A stretch of 64,000 nt of DNA, from contig NZ_CANMJE010000012.1 in the NCBI RefSeq assembly GCF_947498095.1, positions 10,029 through 74,028 of the forward strand, given 5' to 3'. The translations under genes were made by a program, and so were the position numbers. The DNA is from an uncultured Shimia sp. (GTDB taxonomy: Bacteria; Pseudomonadota; Alphaproteobacteria; Rhodobacterales; Rhodobacteraceae). The notes below the pieces were generated by a model. It did no database searches. It saw nothing but the letters and a program-made list of their open reading frames with translations, and was not told the origin of the DNA. This document shows positions 7,663 to 15,261 of the stretch, one piece after another (position 1 is the first letter of the stretch; every line of letters starts with the position of its first letter).

Positions 7663-9287
7663 ATGAGCAAACACTTCCTATTTGGCAGTTTCACCCTTGG
7701 CGCAGCGTTTGCCGTTACAGCGCCTGTGCAGGCGGAAACTCAGATCATACATGATGCCGAGTTTGTTCGGATGGAACAGGAATTCAAAGAAGCCTGGGTG
7801 GCGGATGATGACTCGGTTCGCGAAAAGCTGGCTGCGCTTGAGGCGCGGTTCGGCAAAAAACCAAACATCGTCTACATTATGGCCGACGACGTCGGGTACA
7901 CGGAACTGAGCAGCTATGGCGGCGGCAAGATCCGTGTTGCGCCGACCAACAGTCTGGACCAGATGGCCGAGGAATGCATGCGGTTCCTGTCCTTTTATTC
8001 CGAGATCGAATGCTCGCCCTCGCGCGGGGCGGTTCTGACCGGACGGCACCCGATCCGCAACGGTGTCTACAACATCACGCTCCCTGGCGAGACCGGCAGT
8101 GGGTTGCATTGCGGCGAGGTGACGATCGCCGAGCTATTGTCGGACGCGGGGTACTACACCGGCTTTTGGGCAAGTGGCATCTGGGAGATGACGAGGGCAA
8201 CCACCCTACCGAACAAGGGTTTGACGAGGCCGAGTGGTCAGAAGGCACCCCGCCGTGGTGGGTCAATAACAAGAATGCCTTGAAAGATGACGACATTGGT
8301 GGCTTCACTCAGCGCACGTTGATGCATTCTCCGGGGTCCGAGGGGTTCCCCTATGACACCGGTGGGGTGATGCGGGCCAAGAAAGGCGAAGAGCCGCAAC
8401 TGGTCTATGAATACTCGATGGAAAAGTACAACACCTATGACACCGAGGTGGCGGATCATGTCATAGAGTTTATCACCCAGCGCGCCGACAGCGATCAGCC
8501 GTTCTTTGTGAACTTCTGGGGTAAGGGCAACCACTTCTGGGGCGCTCATCCGGACTTTCGTGACACACCTGCAGAGACCAACACAGCTGCCCAGATGGTG
8601 GAGCATGACTATAACGTTGGCCGGGTGCTGAAAACGCTCACCGATCTTGGCATCGCCGAGAACACACTGGTGGTCTGGAGTTCGGACAATGGGCCAATGT
8701 ACACAGTGCATCCGCACGGCGGCTATTCCCTGCTGCAGGGCGGCAAGGGTGAGACCCGCGAAGGTGGCATCAGGGTGCCAGCGATTGCTTGGTGGCCGGG
8801 CATGATCGACCCCGGTCAGGATCCGTTGGATCTCATCCAGATCACCGACTTCTTTACCACGTGGGCCGGCGTTGCCGGGGTGATGTCAGAAGTGCCGGGG
8901 GACCGGGTGATTGATGGCGTCGACCAGAGTGGGTTGTTCCTGCTGGGCGAAGGCAAGGGGCGGCGCGATTACGTGTTTCATTACAACCGCACCAAACTGG
9001 AGGCCGTTCGCAAGGATCAGGTCAAGCTGAACCTGAAGCCGCGCAATCCGGACTTTCACTTTTATGAGGTGTTCAATATCTACCACGACCCGGCAGAACG
9101 GTTCCCGAATGAGGCGCGCAACGGGATCTGGGCCGGACCGGGCATGACTAAGATGATTCAAGAGCATCTGTTGTTGATTGAGCGATATCCACACCGACCG
9201 GTGCAAAGCTATTACCGCGATTTCGATACGTCGTTTGATCCGCAACGCACACCGGTCTACAAACCCAAAATGACCGTCAATTGGTAG
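7663..9287 (+). pseudogene. Periplasmic formylglycine-dependent arylsulfatase, frameshifted
   Basis: Signal peptide, KPNIVYIMADD and CSPSRGAVLTGR (CxPxR) lie in one frame. GKWHLG, SDNG, GGKG and EGGIRVP lie in the other. One G is missing at 8168-8170. Confidence 0.88.
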
Positions 9288-9296
9288 AAGCCTCTC

Positions 9297-9324
9297 GCAG
9301 GTTGGGCAATGCTGTTCGACCTAC
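9297..9324. repeat. Degenerate GTAG-type REP palindrome
   Basis: GCAGGTTGGGCAA-TG-CTGTTCGACCTAC. The right arm matches the arm of the perfect REP at 22814-22840 at 12/13 positions. Confidence 0.65.
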
Positions 9325-9339
9325 CGCCGTCTAGGCGGT
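9323..9339. terminator. Short hairpin between convergent sulfatase and secE
   Basis: ACCGCC-GTCTA-GGCGGT; no clear U-tract. Confidence 0.35.
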
Positions 9340-9376
9340 TGGCGGGGAAGCTTAACAATGCATGATTGTAGGTGAG

Positions 9377-9574
9377 TTACCCGAACAGCCCCAGAACACC
9401 CTGCAGACCAGACCGGATCAGAATGTCGACGAGCGCAAAGAAGGCAGCGGTCAGGGCCGCCATGATAAAGACCATAACAGTGGTCAGCATCACCTCACGG
9501 CGAGTCGGCCAGACGACCTTGGTGACTTCGGCGCGGACTTGCTGAATAAAGGTGAGCGGATTGGTTTTGGCCAT
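9377..9574 (-). CDS. secE: Preprotein translocase subunit SecE
   Basis: MAKTNPLTFIQQVRAEVTKVVWPTRREVMLTTVMVFI...LVDILIR. Start moved to 9574. Confidence 0.97.
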   Translation of the reverse strand: MAKTNPLTFIQQVRAEVTKVVWPTRREVMLTTVMVFIMAALTAAFFALVDILIRSGLQGVLGLFG

Positions 9575-9630
9575 GGTACGATTTCTTCTCTTGCGAACAG
9601 AGGCTGACATACGCGGGCCAAGTCACAAAT

Positions 9631-10671
9631 TCAAGTGCCGTTTGTGAGACCTTGTCCAACCTGTTCCTGTGCCGCAATCTTCTCAAACCGGGATTTGAGT
9701 TTTTCATCGTCAACAGGTGGCTCAAGCGCGCCCTCAAGATCAGGAATGTGAAACCCGTGAACCCACGAAGGCGGCAAGCGATCTGCCAGCCATTCCACGC
9801 TCATCAACAGTCGGTTCCCACGCTTTAACAGACGCTTGGCCCTTTGTGGATTGCGACGGCGCAAGCGATTGTACCACCAGCTCACGATGGCTGCGACCCG
9901 ATCTGTTCCAAGGAAGGCAATCAACAGCCCCAGGAGGAGGAACACCACCAGCGTAAAAATCGGGATAAACCACGGTCGCCAGACCGCAATCGCGATCAAC
10001 AACATAATGGCAATATTTCTCGGCTTGCGTGAGAACCGGCGCACTGCACGCCCCGGCGCACCTTCGACGATCGTCAGACGGCGCCATTCCTTCTTGGAGG
10101 TCTTAGTTTTTTGAGGTGTTTCTGGTGTGGTGTTCGGGATCATTCCAACCGGCACATCTCCATCCTTGCGGTTCAGCCGTTCTGAAGCACGTTGCTGCAC
10201 GTCTTCGATATCCAGCAGCTTGTCGCGGGCAAATGTATCTAGATCGGTTAGAACCCTACCAAAATCTTCGGGTGCTTCATGCTCGGATATCGTGGATGCC
10301 GCAGGCATATCCGGCGTCAGAGATGTGTCGACATCAGGTTGAGAATCCTCGGCTTCAGGACCGGGCTGCTGTGGCTCCTCGAGTGCAATTTCGGCGCTCA
10401 GAGCCATTTGCACCGCGGTATGAGGATCCGGTTCGGGTGAAGAGTGTTCAACGGCAGAGCCCGCCAAGTCTGAGGAGTGCGTGTGAGCGACAGGCTGTTC
10501 GGGCTGTGAAACAGGCGTTTCCTCGGCCTCGACCTCAGGCTCATCCGACACCAACATGCGGATGGTTTTCAGCGTGTCCCCGGTGAACGGTTCGCCAGGT
10601 TCCACAATATCTTCACCAAATTGGCGCGCAGGTTCGCCATTGGGCCGATAAAGCCCGGGAGCTTTGGCCAT
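9631..10671 (-). CDS. Hypothetical membrane protein: long acidic/Pro-rich disordered N-terminus plus C-terminal TM hairpin
   Basis: 346-aa ORF with an E/P/D-rich first ~190 aa, then two hydrophobic segments separated by WRPW and a basic amphipathic tail. Confidence 0.8.
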   Translation of the reverse strand: MAKAPGLYRPNGEPARQFGEDIVEPGEPFTGDTLKTIRMLVSDEPEVEAEETPVSQPEQPVAHTHSSDLAGSAVEHSSPEPDPHTAVQMALSAEIALEEPQQPGPEAEDSQPDVDTSLTPDMPAASTISEHEAPEDFGRVLTDLDTFARDKLLDIEDVQQRASERLNRKDGDVPVGMIPNTTPETPQKTKTSKKEWRRLTIVEGAPGRAVRRFSRKPRNIAIMLLIAIAVWRPWFIPIFTLVVFLLLGLLIAFLGTDRVAAIVSWWYNRLRRRNPQRAKRLLKRGNRLLMSVEWLADRLPPSWVHGFHIPDLEGALEPPVDDEKLKSRFEKIAAQEQVGQGLTNGT

Positions 10672-10808
10672 CTTTCCACATCCTTATAGCTATAGGTCAG
10701 AGCTCAAAACTCAGAACCCAGCCCCCGAATTCAGTGACGTGCGATCTTGGCAGCACGGACGTCAACGATTCGCGCGATCAGCGCAAAGGACATTTTTGTG
10801 AAAAATTT

Positions 10809-10846
10809 GGGAATTCTCGCGGCAAAATTGTGGCAGGAATGAGGCA
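10809..10846 (-). promoter_or_regulatory. 11-bp-phased TGCC direct repeats (ChvI/OmpR-type boxes)
   Basis: Plus-strand GGCA at 10821, 10832 and 10843, plus GGGA near 10810. Minus strand reads TGCCTCATTCC-TGCCACAATTT-TGCCGCGAGAA-TTCC. Confidence 0.55.
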
Positions 10847-10854
10847 ACCCCCAG

Positions 10855-11100
10855 TCAACGCTGGCTGTTGGCGTCCTGAAAACGGTGGCGAATTGAGCTG
10901 AAAAGTTTGTTGCTGAGCGTCAACTCGACCTTCCACAACCGCAAGAAACGGCGCAGGAAGAAAAAACTGCCGTCGCGCGCCCGTTCAGGTCCTACGGCGA
11001 TCGCCGCCACAAGGAACAAAAACAAAATGCAAACCATCAGGCGGATGGTGCTGAGCGGGTGCAACCACGCAATCATGATTGCGAGGACAATCGCCATCAC
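10855..11100 (-). CDS. Small membrane protein related to the TM hairpin of the 9631-10671 protein
   Basis: 81-aa hydrophobic ORF that aligns without gaps to the neighbour's TM region. Confidence 0.65.
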   Translation of the reverse strand: MMAIVLAIMIAWLHPLSTIRLMVCILFLFLVAAIAVGPERARDGSFFFLRRFLRLWKVELTLSNKLFSSIRHRFQDANSQR

Positions 11101-11240
11101 GCGGGGGCGGGGCCACTTGGCATTCAGATGCGCATACCGGCGCTCCTGCGCGGCTTGGATTTATTCTGAGGAAGCGCCGGCAAGGTCGGGCGCAGAAAAT
11201 AGGGGTCGAAACACGGATTTTGCGCAGAGACTTTGGAAAT

Positions 11241-11287
11241 TGGCAGGGGCAGCAGGGTTCGAACCCGCGACCTACGGTTTTGGAGAC
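11241..11287 (-). tRNA. 3' half of tRNA-Trp(CCA) only: anticodon loop to CCA end; att-site remnant, not a functional tRNA
   Basis: Minus strand GTCTCCAAAACCGTAGGTCGCGGGTTCGAACCCTGCTGCCCCTGCCA. Upstream sequence has no D-arm and no AGGGG 5' acceptor strand. Confidence 0.88.
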
Positions 11288-11381
11288 TGATGCCCAATAC
11301 TTATTGAGTGTTGGCAGTCATTCTAAACCCTTTGTTTCATTGTAGTTCGTCGTTCCACTCGGCCTAGGCTTTTGGATCTCG

Positions 11382-11402
11382 GTGCAACCGGTGTGCAACC
11401 GG
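11382..11402 (+). repeat. GTGCAACCGG x2 direct repeat (candidate integrase arm-type sites)
   Basis: Exact 10-mers at 11382-11391 and 11393-11402, about 100 bp inside the att core. Confidence 0.6.
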
Positions 11403-11418
11403 CTGAACACGATGGTCA

Positions 11419-11652
11419 TCAGCTTTCAGGCGGCACCCACCCCGCATCGATGTCGCCCTGCACCTTGGTCACCACAGACTTGCAAAAGGCTTGGTCGAAT
11501 TCACACCACCAGACGATGGCTACGGCTGCCTCGGCGCGCTTACCATCACCGAGCAGGATGTCGCGGGCGATCTCGTAATGGTCCAGCGTCGGGTCATTCT
11601 TGGCTGGCCCCATGCGTTCAAGCATTGAGGCCAGTTCAGTTTCAAAGGTCAT
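11419..11652 (-). CDS. Hypothetical 77-aa protein (island)
   Basis: Strong RBS GAAGGAGG; ATGA overlap with a truncated upstream ORF. Confidence 0.6.
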   Translation of the reverse strand: MTFETELASMLERMGPAKNDPTLDHYEIARDILLGDGKRAEAAVAIVWWCEFDQAFCKSVVTKVQGDIDAGWVPPES

Positions 11653-11726
11653 TCGGATTTCCTCCTTCGGTCCAATTCAGCCGCAGCTTGTTCGTCGTCG
11701 CATGCATTTGACAGCCAGACCAGCTC

Positions 11727-12388
11727 TGTCTAGCCCCCAATTTCAGTACCAGTAATTTTTGATTTCTCTAATAAGGTTTCAGGTGCCGGCGGGCGCATGT
11801 TCAATGCGTGATGAGGCCTGACCTGGTTGTACTGCCTGAGCCAAACATTGATTGCTACCTGGGCTTGTTGTGTGGTGTGGAACCATTCTGCATTCAGGAA
11901 TTCCCGCCTAAATGTTCCGTTGAACCGTTCGTTGTACCCGTTCTCCCAGGGGCTGCCCGGATAGATTTGCATCGGCTGGATCCCGACCTTCTTCAGCCAA
12001 TCCTTTAGATGTGCAGCAATGAACTCTGGGCCATTGTCAGAGCGGATGAATTCCGGTTTCCTGTGCTTCATCAACAGAGGGTGTAGCGCATCCAGAACAT
12101 CGATGGCTTTCATCTTAGGGCGCACTGCCTCGCAAAGCGCCTCGCGGGTGCAATCATCTCAGACAGCTGAGGCCGCCCAATACCGCCAAACTTCTTGCGC
12201 CAGTAGTAATAGGTCTTGTCAGAAATCCCCGCTTTGCGACACGCACTCACAACATCCAAACCATCATGAAGATGCACATCAATCTCGCGCAACACCTTCA
12301 GCGCATCCTCATCCGAATACCGTTTCCGAGCCACCCCTACATCCTCTCATGACACTAAAAAGTGTCAAAGTTTTAGGGAGCTAAAACA
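11727..12388 (-). mobile_element. IS3-family insertion sequence with an internal deletion (~660 bp left)
   Basis: OrfA HTH start MARKRYSDEDALKVLREID...GISDKTYYYWRKKFGG is fused to a partial rve domain (DDCTREAL...IRSDNGPEFIA...PGSPWENGYNERFNG...YNQVRPH). Imperfect TG..CA ends: TGTCTAGCCCCC and revcomp TGTTTTAGCTCCC. Confidence 0.88.
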
Positions 12389-12660
12389 ACGACCACAGGC
12401 GCGGTGTCCAGCGCCGTCACGTGCTTCGTTGAGAAAACATGTCAGAGATTGTAAATTTTCTGCCTAGTTGAGTGAAACGGCCCATGTGAAGTGAGCCTGT
12501 GTTTGGGAAAACGAAGCAAAAGGACGTGGCTCGCATTCTGCTAAAGGTTCAGGAGTGATTTCAACAGGGAGTATTGAAACAGATTTGCATTGCGCAAACT
12601 GCGCTTGCAGCTCACGTCCATCGCTCGCAGTATCCAATAAGACTCTACCCCGAGGTAAGA

Positions 12661-12921
12661 ATGCCAAAACTGATTGTACTCCCTTTCCTTATCGTCCTCA
12701 TGGGGTGTTCAGTACACGATCCCAACGATGGGGCTGGCCGTTTGAGTCGCGAGTTCGCCAAGGGTGAAAAGCTGATGATCAAGTGCCAGGAAAATGAAAG
12801 AAAGTGCCCCGCATATTATGAATTCAAGGCTGAATGGGAAAGGGAAGTGCGTCACTACACGACATTTGAAGCCGCATTGGCAAAACACAAAGCCAGAACT
12901 GCGCAAGGATACGCTGTTTAG
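12661..12921 (+). CDS. Small hypothetical lipoprotein
   Basis: MPKLIVLPFLIVLMG-C lipobox; GAGG RBS before ATG 12661. Confidence 0.65.
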   Translation: MPKLIVLPFLIVLMGCSVHDPNDGAGRLSREFAKGEKLMIKCQENERKCPAYYEFKAEWEREVRHYTTFEAALAKHKARTAQGYAV

Positions 12922-13013
12922 AGGCACCTTGGATGTTGTGAAATTCCACCAACTTCAGCAAGAGCCCCAACTTTGGCAAGCACCGAGCACCGAGTGAGCA
13001 GAAAGTGAGTTAA

Positions 13014-14654
13014 ATGAGCCGCATCTTTTTCGCCCGACATTTTGTCATTGCCAGAGTATTGCTTCTTTGTCTGGGGCATATCTTTGGGCCGGTTGTAGCC
13101 CAAGCGGAAGCGGTCTCTGATCAAATCAAAGATCTGGTTGGAACAGTGAGCGCTGAGAGCGCGGCCTTACAGAACACAAACCTTGATGCGGCTGATCTGT
13201 TGCCCAAACTGTATGATGCGCGAGAATATCGTCCCGCGTGGGGGGAAGAAGGTTCTGTCGAGGTGCTTTTCCGAGCGCTGGACAAAGGTGTTGCTCAGGG
13301 GTTCACACCGGCAGATTTCCATATACCGGAGCTGTTGGAGCGATACAAAAAAGCCAAAGCCGGCGGCGCTTGGGAGAAAGCCACGTTTGATGTCTTGGCG
13401 ATGGATGCGGCCATCAAGCTGATAAACTACTCCATTTTTGGCAAAGTGAACCCCGGCGACTTCGACAAGGACTGGAATTTCGCAAGGCCGGTTATTGAGA
13501 GAGACCCGGTTCAGGTGATCACCCAGTACCTTGATGGACAAGGTTTCGCCGCCTTAATGGCGCTTATCGACCTGGAAAACCCTCAATACCAAGGCCTTGT
13601 TGACGCACTGGAGACGTATCGTCAGTTTGCGTTGAATGGTAGTTGGCCCGAAGTGCCAAGCGAGACTGTTCTTAAGCCGGGCATGTCTGAACCTGCCGTC
13701 GCTGTGTTACGACATCGGTTGGCTGCAGAAGGCGCGCTGAACGAAGGCCAGATTCTCCCCTCAACAATAGATGAAGGTGATCCGGCACAAGTCTATGATG
13801 ACCGCCTCGAGGTGGACGTAAAGGCTTTCCAAGCGCGCCACGGATTGGAAGCCGACGGCGCGATTGGCCCCAAAACCTTTGCCGTGCTCAACCGATCTGT
13901 TGAGGATCGCATCAATCAGATCCGGCTGAGCCTCGAGAGGGCTCGATGGTTGTTTCGAGATGAAGAAAGCGAATACGTACTTGTAAACATTGCAGGTGCG
14001 CGAACGTACCTCGCGCGGGCAGATGGATCTGTATGGACAACCCGATCTATTACCGGATCGCAGTATCGTAAAACGCCAGTGTTCCGTGATGAAATACAGT
14101 ACATGGAGTTCAATCCGACATGGACTGTTCCGGCGTCGATCTTTCGAAAAGACAAATTGGCCCGCATTCGCAAAGATCCCGGTTACCTTGATCGCGGCAA
14201 CTACATTGTGCGCAATCAGGAGGGGGCGGTCATTCCTGCCAGTTCGGTAAATTGGGGTGCCGACAATCCCAGAGTGACGTTGGTTCAGCAACCGGGACCG
14301 AACAACGCGCTTGGCCTCGTCAAGTTTATGTTTCCAAACAAATATGCTGTCTATTTGCACGACACAAATGACCGGACACTGTTTGGCCGTAACGAACGAA
14401 ATCTCAGTTCGGGGTGCGTGCGCGTGGAGTACCCATTTGAGTTAGCAGGTCTCTTAATGGAAGGTGATCCGGAGTGGAATTCCGCACGAATGCAATCCAT
14501 TCTAGATAGTGGGAAAACCGTGCGCATCAATCTGCCAAAACCGATGCCCGTTCTACTCACCTATTGGACCGCCTGGGTTGAAGACGGCGAAGTACATTTC
14601 CGCGAAGACATCTATGGACGAGACAAGAGGATCCTGACGGCCTTGGACAGGTGA
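13014..14654 (+). CDS. YcbB/LdtD-type L,D-transpeptidase with scaffold and PG-binding domains
   Basis: Signal peptide; PG-binding FQARHGLEADGAIGPKT; YkuD domain VNIAG...NPTWTVP...PGPNNALGLVKFMFPN...YLHDT...SSGCVRV (His/Cys). Confidence 0.92.
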   Translation: MSRIFFARHFVIARVLLLCLGHIFGPVVAQAEAVSDQIKDLVGTVSAESAALQNTNLDAADLLPKLYDAREYRPAWGEEGSVEVLFRALDKGVAQGFTPADFHIPELLERYKKAKAGGAWEKATFDVLAMDAAIKLINYSIFGKVNPGDFDKDWNFARPVIERDPVQVITQYLDGQGFAALMALIDLENPQYQGLVDALETYRQFALNGSWPEVPSETVLKPGMSEPAVAVLRHRLAAEGALNEGQILPSTIDEGDPAQVYDDRLEVDVKAFQARHGLEADGAIGPKTFAVLNRSVEDRINQIRLSLERARWLFRDEESEYVLVNIAGARTYLARADGSVWTTRSITGSQYRKTPVFRDEIQYMEFNPTWTVPASIFRKDKLARIRKDPGYLDRGNYIVRNQEGAVIPASSVNWGADNPRVTLVQQPGPNNALGLVKFMFPNKYAVYLHDTNDRTLFGRNERNLSSGCVRVEYPFELAGLLMEGDPEWNSARMQSILDSGKTVRINLPKPMPVLLTYWTAWVEDGEVHFREDIYGRDKRILTALDR

Positions 14655-15104
14655 AGTAGGTGAACTCCCTTGCTATATACGTGAAAATGCATGAGGCCCA
14701 AAAGGAACCGCTTGTTAGTGCCGATGCGCTAGGCAACTGACTAACATGAGAGGTGATCGATTTAACTGTTGAAAAAGGCGTATTGTGCGACTGACACTTC
14801 CCGGCAGGGTCCACCTCAGGCCCACCTAGATAGCCCACCTATGTGCCAACGGCAGCTTTTGCACAGCTGCAACTCAGTGTTTAAGGATCCGATCAACTGC
14901 AGCTTTGAGCAGTCGGGAGCAACAATGCATGCCCCGGCCACAGACTTTGCAAATATCGCTATCTGCGTATTCCCGAAATTCGAATCTGACCTAGATGCAG
15001 GTGCCGCGAACAACGGCTTCGTCCCGCATCGCAGACCTTGGCACTCAGACGAGCAGGCGCAAAACGTCCAGCGCAGCTGTCGGGACGGTTGAAGTTGAAG
15101 AAAT

Positions 15105-15216
15105 CGTTAAAAACGAAGGGTGTTTCTTAACATAATCTTTTGCGCAAAATGGAGAAACGGCCTCAAAAATCTTGTACAACTTGGAGAAACACCCCTCAAA
15201 AAGATGTACAACTTGG
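15105..15216. repeat. Structured AT-rich site with a 32-bp imperfect tandem repeat and inverted repeats
   Basis: TGGAGAAAC-N14-TGTACAACT at 15150-15181 and 15182-15213; inverted partial copy GAAGGGTGTTTCTTAA at 15115-15130; palindrome TTTTGCGCAAAA at 15138-15149. Confidence 0.75.
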
Positions 15217-15261
15217 TCATTCTGCCGGCTTTTCGCAGAGTTAAACCGATCTTGAGAAAGC

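Larger units (their letters stand above)
11241..15260. mobile_element. Decayed tRNA-Trp-targeting genomic island remnant (no integrase left)
   Basis: att-like tRNA half, arm-like repeats, broken IS and orphan ORFs. The DNA is visibly more AT-rich than its flanks. The right boundary is approximate. Confidence 0.65.

Noticed and set aside
8161-8175. Programmed -1 frameshift in the sulfatase
   Set aside because: There is no in-frame slippery heptamer, and the cognate regulator is also broken, so mutation or sequencing error is simpler.
11241-11320. Functional tRNA-Trp
   Set aside because: The 5' acceptor strand and D-arm are absent and the anticodon stem is mismatched. The ORF-track frames crossing it (10907-11290, 11079-11345) are spurious.
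12389-12660. Continuation of the IS-truncated ORF on the far side of the IS; ORFs 12464-12667 and 12555-12767
   Set aside because: There is no target duplication and no convincing start or RBS, so joining the two sides is unsupported.
15150-15216. Mini-CRISPR array
   Set aside because: Only two units, the intervening sequences are similar to each other, and there are no cas genes. No CRISPR array was seen anywhere in the window.
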